Of a stretch of DNA of 55,470 nucleotides, positions 11,784 through 36,074 are shown in pieces (position 1 is the first letter of the stretch; each line of letters starts with the position of its first letter). The notes below the pieces were generated by a model that ran no database searches, was not told the DNA's origin, and worked only from the letters and a program-made list of their open reading frames with translations. The DNA comes from Azolla caroliniana (Eukaryota; Plantae; Polypodiophyta). Location: contig JBHGNT010000194.1 of the NCBI GenBank assembly GCA_043228905.1, positions 1-55,470 on the forward strand. Direction: 5' to 3'. A program made the translations under genes and the position numbers.

Positions 11784-14339
11784 CTACATGGAAATTCGCA
11801 ACCTCATGGCCTCAACTTTTTCTTTCTCTTCAAGCATACCTGCAGCCGCATAAATATTAGCCATATAAACATATGATCTACTATTCATGTTATCTAGTGC
11901 TACTGCTTGTTCAAAGGCCAATTTGCCAAGCTTCACATTCCCCCATTTTTCACATGCTGCCAACAGAGCACTCCAAACTGGGTAGTCAGAAGGTGGCATT
12001 TCCTTCATCATAATTATTGCCTTGTCCAAGTGACCAGCTCGACCAAGAAGATCTAACATGCACGTATAATGCTCTATGACTGGTTCAAGGCCATATTTTC
12101 TACTCATACTCCTTAAATGTATTAGACCCTCATCAACTAGACCAGAATGACTGCATGCAGTCAACACGCAAAGGAATGTCACTGCATCAGGAGAAATGTT
12201 GTCACATTGCATACGTCTGAAACAGTTCAGTGCTTCTTCCCCTCGCCCCTGCTGAGTATATCCTGAGATCAAAGAGTTCCACGTGACAACATCTCGAATT
12301 GAAAGCTCATCAAACATTTCTTGTGCTTTTCCTAATTCACCACACTTCACATACATATCCACCAATGCGGTGCCAAGAACAGTATCTTTCACTACCAAAC
12401 CCTTCCCAACAATCTCATCATGAATTTGTTTGCCCTTATCAAGTGCTCCCATGATGCCACAAGCCTTCAGCATGCAAATGAAAGTGACCGAGTCTGGTGA
12501 AAAACCATCATGTTGCATAGCTTCCCAACACTTGAAAGCTTCTTCAACCTTTTCCAGGTGCACATAGCCTGCAATTAGTGCATTCCAACAGACTACATTT
12601 TTATCAACAACCTCATCAAACACTTGCTGAGCCTTCCATATGTCACCAAATTTTGCATACATATCAACTAACACAGATCCTAGGTCATTATATTTTGCGA
12701 ACAAGCCTTTGTTCATAACCACAACATGAATTTGTTTTCCCTTGTCAATGATTGATGCACCACTACAGACCTTCAGGATGCAGACAAATGTAATAACATC
12801 TGGAAAGAGCCCTTCAATTTGCATTCTTCCAACACAGTTTAAAGCTTCTTCCACCTGCCCATGCTGAGCATATCCAGATATCAATGTGTTCCAAGAGATT
12901 GCATCTTCAATTAGAAGCTCATTGAAGACATCCTCAGCTTTTTCTAGCTCACCCCACTTGGCATACATATCCACCAAAGCATTTCCCAACTCAATATTAT
13001 TTCCCAGCAGCCCCTTATTAACAATCTCATTGTGTAAATGTTTACCTTTGATTTTTTCTCCTACACTACCACAAGCCTTCAGCACACCAATGAAGGTGAT
13101 GGCACTTGGACGGAGGCCCTCCCTTTCCATCTGCTCAAAACAGTTTAATGCTTCAACACACTGTCCTTGTTGAACATATCCGGTTATGAGTGCAGACCAG
13201 GAGACAACATCCCTCATCAGGAGATCCTCGAATACTTGCTTTGCTTTTTCTAGTGCACCACATCTTGCATACATGTCTACCAAAGCATTTCCAAGAGCAA
13301 TATTGGTTTTCAGCAATCCTTTTGTCATAATCTCATCATGAATTTTCTTTCCTTTTTCCAATGATCCAGTAATACCACAGGCTTTAAGGACACATGATAA
13401 TGTAATTTCATTTGGAGACAGGCCATCCCTTTGCATGTGCTCATAGCAGTTGAGGGCTTCTTCACCCTGCCCATGCTCAGCATATCCTGAGATTAAGGCA
13501 GACCAAGTGACTATGTCACGGAATGGAAGTTCATCAAACAGCCTTTGTGCTGTTTCCAGCTCACCAAGTTTGGTATACATGTCCATCAAGGCAGTGCCAA
13601 CCATGGTATCTTTAGCCAAGAGGCCCTTGTTAACTATCTCTTCATGAATCTTCACGCCTTTTTCGAGTGATCCTGTACGGGCACAAGCCTTCAAGATGCA
13701 AGTAAAGGTTATAGCATCAGGAAAGAAGCCTTCCCTTTGCATCTGTTTGAAACAGTCCAACGCTTCCTCATCTTGCCCATTTTTTATGTATCCTGAGATT
13801 AACGCATTCCAAGAGACAACATTCTGAACTAAGAGTCCATTTAGTACTTGGTGTGCTTTTCCTAATGCACCACATTTGGCATACATATCCACCACAGCAT
13901 TCCCAACCTCAACATTTCTTAACAAACCCTTATTGATGATCTCACTATGAATTTCCACACCCTTATCAACCGCTCCTGAACTACCACATACCTTCAAGAT
14001 GCAAATAAAGGTGACTGCATTTGGAGAAAGGCCCTCTTTCTTCATTTGCTCAAAACAGTTGAATGCATCTTTAGCACAACCCTGTTGGGCATATCCTGCA
14101 ATGATGGAATTCCAAGAGACAGCATCCCTAACAGGGAGCTCGTCCAGTACTTCTTGTGCTTTCGCTAGTGCACCACATTTGGCATACATACTGATCAAGG
14201 CACTTCCCAAGTAAGAATTCTTAGCGAGCAATCCCTGCTTTAGAATGCCCGCATGGACACTGATGCCCTGGCGTAGGTCTTTCTTTTTGGCACAAGCTTT
14301 GAGTAAGGCAAAAGTAGTAATGTCCAGATTGTTGTACAT
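11784..14339 (-). CDS. PLS-class pentatricopeptide repeat protein, E subgroup (no DYW); organellar RNA-editing specificity factor
   Basis: Intronless 851-aa ORF with seven P-L-S triplets of about 101 aa (xVSWNALIxGY / PDxxTFxCILKAC / LGNALVDMYAKCG), ending ACSHSGLVDEG, HYTCMLDLLGRAG, WSALLAAC and YVYMANIYAAAG (E1/E2). Stops before any DYW domain. The true N-terminus probably lies upstream in the same frame (see findings). Confidence 0.95.
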   Translation of the reverse strand: MYNNLDITTFALLKACAKKKDLRQGISVHAGILKQGLLAKNSYLGSALISMYAKCGALAKAQEVLDELPVRDAVSWNSIIAGYAQQGCAKDAFNCFEQMKKEGLSPNAVTFICILKVCGSSGAVDKGVEIHSEIINKGLLRNVEVGNAVVDMYAKCGALGKAHQVLNGLLVQNVVSWNALISGYIKNGQDEEALDCFKQMQREGFFPDAITFTCILKACARTGSLEKGVKIHEEIVNKGLLAKDTMVGTALMDMYTKLGELETAQRLFDELPFRDIVTWSALISGYAEHGQGEEALNCYEHMQRDGLSPNEITLSCVLKACGITGSLEKGKKIHDEIMTKGLLKTNIALGNALVDMYARCGALEKAKQVFEDLLMRDVVSWSALITGYVQQGQCVEALNCFEQMEREGLRPSAITFIGVLKACGSVGEKIKGKHLHNEIVNKGLLGNNIELGNALVDMYAKWGELEKAEDVFNELLIEDAISWNTLISGYAQHGQVEEALNCVGRMQIEGLFPDVITFVCILKVCSGASIIDKGKQIHVVVMNKGLFAKYNDLGSVLVDMYAKFGDIWKAQQVFDEVVDKNVVCWNALIAGYVHLEKVEEAFKCWEAMQHDGFSPDSVTFICMLKACGIMGALDKGKQIHDEIVGKGLVVKDTVLGTALVDMYVKCGELGKAQEMFDELSIRDVVTWNSLISGYTQQGRGEEALNCFRRMQCDNISPDAVTFLCVLTACSHSGLVDEGLIHLRSMSRKYGLEPVIEHYTCMLDLLGRAGHLDKAIIMMKEMPPSDYPVWSALLAACEKWGNVKLGKLAFEQAVALDNMNSRSYVYMANIYAAAGMLEEKEKVEAMRLRISM

Positions 14340-16998
14340 TCTGACATCACTTATACCATCCGTTTCCTCCCCCCTAATCTCTGCATGATCGGAACCCTGC
14401 CCCTTTTCTTCTCATGAGTTCTTGGCTAACCCGCAAAGGGTTGAACCCATCAATCCATAATTCTTCCATCGTGTTTGCATGGTGGAGCTCGGGGCATCTA
14501 GAGCTAGTGACCTGTGGAAAAGCCGGTTGCTATTATGACAACCACCACGGTGATGGTGATGGTGATGGTGAAGTAGGTGATTGAAGAGCCGTTGAGTTTA
14601 CCTGATTGTGAAACCATTGCAAGGGATCCCTGAAATACTTCTTCCACAGGAGGTCTCTGTCACAGGACCTACGTGCTGCCATCTTATGCTAACCATGTTC
14701 TGGCTGGAAGTGTTTAGACCAGATTCAGCAGTACCCCCCTGAGATGAAGGAGGAGGTGTGGGATTGCAGAGAAAACATTTCTTAGAAGAATGAGGGGTAT
14801 GCAGAGAATTATGAAAATAGTTGGGGCTGGTCCGGGGGGAGGGCATTTTCCCAATTATGAATATTATGGAAGAATACCAAAAATACCCCTAAATTGACAA
14901 ATGCCAGGGGTATTTAGAAATAATTAGAAAATGTTGGGGAATGCTTTCATAAGTATTTATCGGAAAATGCTAAAAATGTCCTACATTTTTCCAAAAACTT
15001 GAGAATGTAGTGGTAATTTGTAAATCCATAATGCATACTTTGACGTTTTTCCTCTCCCTATGATTACAACAGGTTGACCCCTTAAGAGTCTCATTCAATC
15101 ATGGTTGTAAACAGCCAAAACAAAATCCATTCACACCATCCAAAAGAATCTTCGTTGAATCACCAAAACAAAATGTATTCATGTCTCTTAAACAACTAAA
15201 CTGGTACATACACTCAGTTTTTATAAATCCTTTCTTGTTCAAAGAATGGATGGCTCTCATAAACTTACATCTACAAGATATGAATGATCCTCTCTAACAA
15301 AGGCATGTCAGCATCTTCTAGGTGCTCTCCAAACTTGATAAGTTGTCTCATCATTTGTCCCCTCTCTAGAATTAAGATACATTTTATAGGCCATCCTATA
15401 TTCATTACATATATATGGTGCATTAGTAATGCAATTCTCTACGTATGGTTCTCTTTAATTATTTGATCTACTAATAGCTAGGATATGCCACGTGAAAGTT
15501 GAGTGTCCAAGTAGTATATGCATTGGCTTGTCCCATCAACAGTTGCAAGTTCTAGTAATGTGTCATTTACAAAAAGGAGAATGGAGATCCATATTTTATT
15601 TTTCTGTCTATTCATCATTATAGATCACTCAAATCAACTTTGGTCAGCTTAGACAATGTGGAACATTCCAAGTTCAAATCAAATAAGTTGTTTAAATGCA
15701 CCACATGCTTGTGTGTAAAGTATTGCTGATATAATGCCTAATGCCTTCAGTAGTATAGACCAAGTCTATACTAGAACACAAGAAATCCCATATTAACCAC
15801 ATAATAGAGTTACCTAAAAAAGGGCCTCAAGTTTCAAACACCTTTGAGACTTCACAAATCTATCCTGTAGTCATCTCATGTGGAGAGTAAATTCATTTGG
15901 ATTAAATAATTAGTGCCTAGAACCACGCAAACCGTTCAATTACGCACAAAAAGCTGGCAAAGAGCAGACGTGGAATATCAAGGTTGAATCCAACTGGTGG
16001 TACCATTTGCTCATAAGATGTCCATTATCTTTCCACTAAAACTGGCAGTTCAAAAAACTTTTGCAATTTGTGACCTGTATTTGATATAGCAAACTCCACT
16101 TTCTTAAATATGCATGGTGCTTGCATTGCAAATTCATTTTTGGCCCTACCAGATTTCATGTTTTGTATCAAAGTTATTTTGGGTACACATTTAATATCAA
16201 CACCCCTCTCAACTTCTATGAAGAAACATTACCCTGCACCATGTTGGGGTATGAAGAGTCGTTCAATTGATGTCCAATGAATCATTTTGCAAAAAAATAT
16301 ATCCAAAACACTTCGATCAAACGGATTTATCAGGAGTCCATTCCATTGTTGGCAGTCTTCTGTTGAGTTTCCGTCCAAGAGAGCATCACTGAAAGCTTTA
16401 GTGGTTATATTCGCTTTGTTTTTCTTCTTCTACCATTTTCTTCTTCACCTACTCTTCACCTACTTACCGCTTCCTCTACTGCTTTGCAAGGTTTTCCTCG
16501 ATGAGTACATAAGTAGCCTTACCTCTGAATATTTGAAGCGAGATTAGCGCAACTGCACATGAACGACGTGATCAGAGAATTTTTAATCTGGTCAAAAACT
16601 GAATAGAGTTCACTAGACTACCCCAAGACAATAACATTTGACATGCTTGTCGACAAAGTCTAACAAGAAGGGAAGAAAAGTACAGCCAAATCTATATATG
16701 AGACTGCCCCCTCAATTGTCATGTTTTTGCTCTTTCAGGATATAAAATTCAGGGACTTGTTTTCAAAATGCCATTCTTTTTGCCAAAATACCACACTTAT
16801 GTCTTTTTGTATTTCACAGATATTGATGCCTTGATAATGAGTTTGACTCATTATTAAAGGGCAGGGCAGGAGCTTTACAAATAAATTTGAGGTTTGCAGA
16901 TGGCTTACATCCATGTGATTGCCTCACTAATTAGATAAAAAAATAGGTAAAAAGGTTCTTCCTTCATACTAATAATTACCTTATGCAGATGCATGTTT

Positions 16999-29015
<12,017 letters not shown>

Positions 29016-31694
29016 GGCTTCCTTAGGTGGAAGGGGGGCAGAGCTAACGAAGAGCGTCATCAGAGCAGAGCATGGCTAGTTATATATATACTACATATGT
29101 TGTGGAGGGACCCAAGAGGCCTGCCCTAGCTACAGATAGCTAGGCCTTTCTTCAAATGGCCCGGGGGTCTCCCACAAGCCTGCGGAATGATGTGACTCGA
29201 TCCACCTCCCCATGCATCACGCTCCACTCTTCCGTAACACGTCTCGCCTCTGGAGCCCTTCGTTATTTTCAATATGAAGTGCATATGAAGTAGTACCCAA
29301 GGTCTTTCCATGATTTGCTTCGAGTATGTCAAAGTTATGATCAACAATTGAAAGAAGCTGTTATTCGGTGAAGCATATGGAGTATCGACGTCATATACCA
29401 TAAATCCAAGCTATAATAATTGTGGATCGGTCATGAACCAACAACCAACATACTTGCAATGTCTGATTCATCAGGTTCCCTCATATCATTATTCTAATTT
29501 TTGGAGTTATAATGATGTCTATGAAGGTGATTCCAGAGACAAAGAAGAAGAGGTGATGAATGTGGAGTTCCCCCATATAGTTCATGAGGACAACCATGAT
29601 ATAAAGAATGATGATGTGAAAGATGAATCCAAGGAGATTGTTATGAGATGCGATGTTATGGATGGTGATACCAATGTACATCATGTTGAGGACATTATTG
29701 ATACAACAAGCGATATGGTGGTTGATGATGAATATGTGCAAAGATGAAATGGAAGCTGGTGAGCGAGATGGATCGATGAGCCGGTGAGCTGGGGAGCCGG
29801 TTAGCCAGATCCATCAGTAACCGGAAGCCTAGTAGCAGCTAGACTACTAGGGAGTTAATACTCTCGTAGTTAGTGTCAGACGCTCGAGTGAGCATTGAAG
29901 TACAATGTACTTCTATCAGTCCATATGGACTTGTATAAAAGTGTTTGTTGAACACATACTATGTACAGAGTGTTGATATAATTTTTAAATAGTGATTCTT
30001 GTTCTGCTCTCTCTCTATCTCTCCCGCGTACTGTTAAGCTCTCCATTAAACCTGTTCTCTGTTTTCTGTTTTCTATTGCTTCCGCATGTTATTTGTTTTT
30101 ACATGGTATCAGAGCGTGAGGGTTGAGAAGCTCTGCAGCCTACATTCGCTTTCGCAAGAAGAAAACCTAACCGTTGTAAAGAACAGGAAAAGCAAAATGG
30201 ATAGAGGAATGGCTAGCTCGCTCCCGGTGGAGAAGCTCGACAGAACCAACTACGCATCTTGGTCTTACAAGATGCACCAGTACCTGCTTGGGCATGGGTA
30301 TTGGAGCTATGTTGATGGAGCTAACAACACAACACCTAATGCGACACACAAGGACTTCCCAATGTGGGAACAATCGATAAGCAGAGTGATGTACTACTTT
30401 GCGTCCAATGTCGGAGACCAGCTGCTGAGCCATATCCGAGATGCCAAGACGCCAAAAGAAGCTTGGGGAAACCTGAAGAAGGTTTTCGTCGCAAGCACAA
30501 CGGCCAGGAAGCTGCAGCTCAGGCAGGAGCTCAGCAATGTCCGACAGAAAAATCTGTCTATGGCCGATTACACGGCCCGAATCAAGGAAATTTGTGATTC
30601 ACTCACCTCCGTCAATGTAAACGTCGAGGAGAACGAGATGGTGCAAGTGTGCCTTGGTGGGCTAGCGTCCAGGTTCAGAGCTTTCCGAACGGTAGTTTGT
30701 ATGAGGGAGAATACACTGTCTTTTTTCGACTTATAGTTGATGCTCCTTGTAGAGGAGAACCACGCCGGTGCGTCAACAAGTGCACCCACCGACAACCGGA
30801 TGCTGTACACGGAGGCAGATCGGCCCCGTGGGCGTGGTGGACGAAGCGGGTCAGCACGCAATGGAGGCGGTCGGCAAGGGCAAGACCAACGACACAGAGA
30901 CCGTGCCGACAACAGTTTTGGGACCTCCACAACCAGGGGGAGTCAAGGCGGTGCCAGAAGCCGACAAGAAAAATCCGCCACAGAATGCTGGTACTGTGGT
31001 AAAAAGGGCCACAGAGAAAGCGAGTGCTAGAAGAAGCGCGCTGATTTGGACAGATCCGGATCCGGCAAAACTGGTCGGGAGAACCGACAATACTCGCACT
31101 ATGCAGAAGGATCGGGAGGATCGGGAACCGGAAAAGCCGGTAAGGGGCCAACCTTGGTGATGAAGCACGAGGCTAACTTGATGAAGAAGACCACTTCCAA
31201 ATCAGAGGAAGTGTGGTACGTTGATTCCGGTGCGTCAAATCACATGACGAACCACAAAGAGTGGTTCTCCTTCCTGGAGAAACCGGAACAACCGAGAGTT
31301 GTCGAAATTGGAGACGACAATCCTCACCCAATCGTGCATGTCAGAGAAGTTCCCCTGAGCCACGTCGGACAGAGGGGGAAGCCGATGAACGTATTACACG
31401 TTCCGACTATCACAAACGTGGTGTCGGTCGGACAGATCGTCGACCAGGGAATGCAGGTGCGGTTTACGCAACTCGGGTGCTTCATTGAGGAGGAGGGCCA
31501 GATTATCGCGCAAGGGCGCAGAGATGGGAGGATGTTCATCCTTGACACCAATGATGTCGGCACTGCCTTGTTCGCCAAAGGACAGAAGGTCGAATCAGAC
31601 ATCGACCTGTGGCACAAGCGGATTGGCCACGTCAATTACCGAAGGCTTCAAGACCTGCAGACGAAACAAGTTGTTTTCGGTTTGCCAAAGTTCA

Positions 31695-34600
31695 TGTTAG
31701 GAAATAGGTCCCTCCGGATGGGAAGTGAGAAGAACAATGTTGGTTGTTATGAGCAACTCAGCTGAGGCCGAAACTGGATGTGGAGTACCCAGCAACGGAA
31801 GACTTGGTAAGAACCGGATGTGGAGTACCCGGCAACGGAAGACCCGGTGAGAATCGGATGACGAGTACTCGGCAAGGAAGATCCGGTGAGAACTGGATGT
31901 TGCAGGCCCGGTGAGAACCTCTCACTGGATGAAGGGACATATATGTAAATATGTTCAAGAGAGCCCACTAGGGCTATATTTTGTAAATAGCCGAAAGTCA
32001 TATTAGTATAAATATGACCTAGGGCAAACTCTGTTGTGTTGTTGTTTTTTGTGTGTAACGACTATACAGAGAGAGGATGAGAGAGGAAGAGGTTGTTGCC
32101 TCTGTTGTAACCGCCTGGTGGCGAAGCGAGGGAGCAAGAGGTCGTTGCCTCTGTGCCCCATTGTTGTAATCTTGATATAGTGATATTTTGCAGTCTGAGG
32201 GCTGCTGTGGTTTTTCCCATAATTGGGTTTTCCACGTTAACCTTCGGTGCACTCTCTTCTTTACTGTTTCGTGTGTAGATACATCTCTCCACATCCCTGT
32301 TTTCTGTGATTGATCCGATGTCTCGGTTGTGGCCGGGGAGCGTATTTCTATCAAATTGGTATCAGAGCGAAAACGACACAGAAAAATGGACGATTCGTTG
32401 GGAGGCATGTTCAAGCTCACCGGCTCCAACTATTCAGTGTGGAAGTCGAAGATGAGGGACATGCTCGTGGTTAAAGATCTTTAGTTTCCGGTTCAGTTCG
32501 GGGACAAAGAGACCGGACAAAATCGATGCCACGATATGGGAGGTGATGCACATGAAGACAACGACGTACATACGGTGCTTCATCAACATGAGTCTATACA
32601 ACAACTTCAATGAAGAGAGCAAGGCTCATGAGCTCTGCGAGAAGATCGACATTATGTTTCAGAACAAAAATGTTGTTAATCAGGTTTCGGTATTTCGGAA
32701 GCTAGTAAGACTCCGGTACCAAGATGGCTCCAGCATGGCGAAGCACATGAATGCCTTCCAAGGGCTGATCCACCAGGCAATATCATTGGAAGTACCTCTC
32801 GCCAATGAGGTACTGGCACTACTCCTACTCGGTTCCCTCCCAGATAGCTGGGAGACGTTGGTTGTCACTTTGGGCAACGCCGGGCCGGAAGGGAAACGGT
32901 TATCCCTAACAAGAGTGAAGTCGAGCTTGCTAGATGAGGAGGCGCGTCGGAAAGACAAGGATACGAACTCCGACTCCAAAGCGCTCATTACCGAATCGGA
33001 ACGCGGAAGACAAAGGAACCGTAGTTCCCAGAACCGGGAGAAGTCGGGGACACGGTCAAAGTCAAGGGGGAGGCCTACCTGCTTCTATTGCGGCAAGCCG
33101 AGACACTTCCAGAAGAACTGTCGGCACTTCCGAAAAGACAAGGAAACCGATGGTACCGATTCGAAGCGGACACCGGATCGGAGGGGAACGGACCGGAAGG
33201 GAACGACGGCAATCGCGGCAAGTGAAGAAGAGTTGATGCTCATTACCGAGGAGAGTGAGCTAAACCTTGCCGGCGACGAGATGACCTGGGTGGTCGACTC
33301 CGAAGCGTCATTCCACCTTACCTCGGACCGGAAATGCTTCTCATCCTACTCAACCGGTGATCACGACTGTGTCTGGATGGGGAATGAAGGTACATGCCGA
33401 ATTGTTGGCATAGGAGACATGTGGTTGACAACACCAACCGGATGCAAGTTGCTGTTGAAGGATGTCCGACATGTTCTGGAGGTTCGTCTGAACCTGATAT
33501 CAGCCGGTTGGCTAGATGATGAAGGCTACACGGGTAGCATCCGGAACGGTGTTATGAAGTTCAACAAAGGGAGCCTGATTGTGGCTCGGGCCCGTAAGGT
33601 CAACACGTTGCACCTAATGAATGCCCGGTTATGCCCGGAAGAAGTGAACGTGGCTTCCGACATTGCCGGTGAGGTGTGGCACAAGAGGCTGTGTCACATG
33701 AGCGAGAAGGGGATGAAGAGGCTTGTAGATGACAACCTCATTCCAGTGAAGAACGTGCACTTGGAGAAGTGCACTGATTGTCTAGCCGGTAAACAAAACC
33801 GGACCTCCTCCGATCGAGGCGACCGATGAGACGTAATGCACCACTGGAGATGGTGCATACTGATGTGTGTCAAGTGGACACGAAGTCACATGCCAGATCG
33901 CAGTACTTCGTGACGTTCATAGATGACCATAGCCGGAAGCTGTGGGCCACACCGTTGAAGACGAAGGATCAGGTGCTATCTGTCTTCAAAGAGCTCCACG
34001 TGAGAGTGGAAAGAGAAATCGACCGGAAGCAGAAGGCGGTTCGAGCAAATAACGGAGGTGAATACCAGGGGCAGTTCGAGGAGTATTGTCGCTCGAAGGG
34101 AATCCGGCTCGAATTTACCGTGCCGAAGACGTCAGGACTAAACGGGTTGGCCGAGAGGATGAACCGGACCATAATGTAGAGGGTCCGGAGTATGCTAGCG
34201 CATGCAAAATTACCCAAGACGTTTTGGGCTGAGGCGCTATCGACAATGATGTATGTGATAAACAGATCACCCTCAGTGCCCTTGGATGGAGACACACCGC
34301 AGAAGGTGTGGACCAGTAAGGAAGTGTCCTACCGACATCTGAAGGTGTTCGGGTGTCTCGCGTACGTGAATGTTGCTAAGGACCGGAGAGGAAAGTTGGA
34401 TCCAAAGACCCGGCCATGCATATTCCTTGGATACGACGATGATGAGTTCGGCTACCGAGTGTGGGATCCGGTTGACAAGAAGGTTTTCCGGAGCCGAGAT
34501 ATTATCTTCATGGAGGACAAGACTCTTGCCGACTGAGAGTCGGAGAAGAAGATAATGAACTCCAATGAGATTCGGACACACCCGGCTAAGAGCCAGTTGA

Positions 34601-36074
34601 CACTCGAGGAACCAGCCGGTTACGGTGAGGATACCGAACCGGTAGAAGAAGAAGTAGAGGAAGCTGAAATCGGAACCGGCCAAGACCCCGAATCGGATTC
34701 GGATGAAGAACAAATAGTGGAGCCGGTTGCCGAAGGCCAAAGACAGAGATATCCTCTCAGAGAGAGAAGGCCCCCCTGAAGATTTCCGAATGCAGAGCAT
34801 GTGCTGCTAACCGATGAGGGAGAGCCGGAAAGCTTTGAAGAAGCGAAGGATGACACCCACAGCCGCAAATGGTTAAGTGCCATGCAGGATGAGATGGATT
34901 CCCTGCATGAGAACCATACGTACGAATTGGTGGAGTTGCCGAAAGAAAAGCGGGCACTCCGAAATAAGTGGGTGTACAAGTTGAAACTGGGAGATGCCGG
35001 CAAACCCTCGAGATACAAAGCCAGGATCGTGGTGAAGGGGTTCCAGCAGAAGAAGGGTGTGGACTTCGACGAGATATTTGCCCCGATAGTAAAGATGACT
35101 TCCATCCGAACGGTGCTGAGCATAGCGGCAAGCATGGACCTCGAGGTAGAGCAGCTGGACGTGAAGACGACATTCCTTCACGGTGACCTCGAAGAGGAGA
35201 TCTACATGCAACAACTGGAAGGATTTGTGGAGAAAGGGAAGGAGCACCTGGTTTGTCGGTTGAAGAAGAGCCTGTACGGACTGAAGCAGGCTCCCCGACA
35301 ATGGTACCGAAAGTTTGACTCCTTCATGACCGACCAAGGGTATCACAAAACGCAAACCGATCATTGCGTGTTTGTAAAGAAGTTTGAAGGAGGCGACTTC
35401 CTGATACTCCTTCTGTACGTGGATGACATGTTGATCGTCGGACGAGACCAAGCCAAAATATGGATGTTGAAGAAGGCTCTAAACCGAACTTTCTCAATGA
35501 AAGACTTGGGCCCAACAAGATAGATACTGGGGATGCACATCATCCAGGACCGGTCAAAGAAGCAATTATGGTTGTCACAGGAGAAATATGTGACAAAGGT
35601 GCTTCAGCGGTTCAACATGTTAGAAGCAAAACCGGTTGGATCAACACTCCCGGCAAACTACAGACTATCCGGTAAGCAAAGCCTGAAGACGAAAGCAAAG
35701 AAGGCGGATATGGTGAAGGTTCCATATGCCTCTGCTGTCGGGAGCTTGATGTACGCAATGGTGTGTACTCGGCCGGACATTGGATACGTAGTCGGAGTGG
35801 TGAGCCAGTTTATGAGCAATCCCGGCAAGGAGCACTGGAACGTGGTCAAATGGATACTTCGGTACTTGTTATTAACCATTCGGTTGTAGCAAGGAGTGCG
35901 GGCGACTTTGTGATATAGTAGATAATGTAATAGTAAAAGAAGAGATTCTAAGCACAGAGGAGAGAGAGAGAGAGAGAGAGAGACTCAAGAAGTTTTCATT
36001 AAAATGAAAGGAAGGACCTGTTTTCTGTGATTGATCCGACGTCTCGGTTGTGGCCGGAGAGCGTATTTCTATTA
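31695..36074 (+). mobile_element. Ty1/Copia element C (Tnt1/Tork-like) inserted in the integrase N-terminal region of element A; RH, PPT and most of the 3' LTR are missing
   Basis: 5-bp TSD GTTCA at 31690-31694 and 36075-36079; removing C restores A's frame (LPKFSGRKAQVCEAC). 5' LTR 31695-32353, PBS 32357-32368, gag, CFYCGKPRH, WVVDSEAS, integrase, RT EQLDVKTTFLHGDL/LYVDDML. Only the last about 58 bp of the 3' LTR remain (36017-36074). Confidence 0.95.
31771..31920 (+). repeat. About 40-bp tandem repeats (3.5 copies) in the U3 region of element C's LTR
   Basis: Units at 31771, 31811, 31851 and 31890 follow gaaccggatgtggagtacccggcaacggaagacccggtga. Confidence 0.85.

Noticed and set aside
11784-11900. 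DYW deaminase domain on the PPR protein
   Set aside because: The ORF stops just after E2. No PG box, HxE or CxxC motif is visible downstream.
12886-14214. Plus-strand ORFs inside the PPR gene
   Set aside because: Antisense shadows of the repetitive PPR coding sequence.
15050-15620. LINE reverse-transcriptase remnant
   Set aside because: Only a faint ISILLFVND resemblance on the minus strand; too decayed to support a call.
16287-16979. Additional RecQ2 coding exon or separate gene
   Set aside because: The RecQ2 frame stops at 16999. A possible 3' UTR intron (16553-16979) cannot be confirmed without transcripts, and ORF 16287-16547 has no recognisable motif.
30104-30115. tRNA gene
   Set aside because: Only the 11-12-nt primer-binding site complementary to tRNA-iMet (also at 32357 and 54642-54652).
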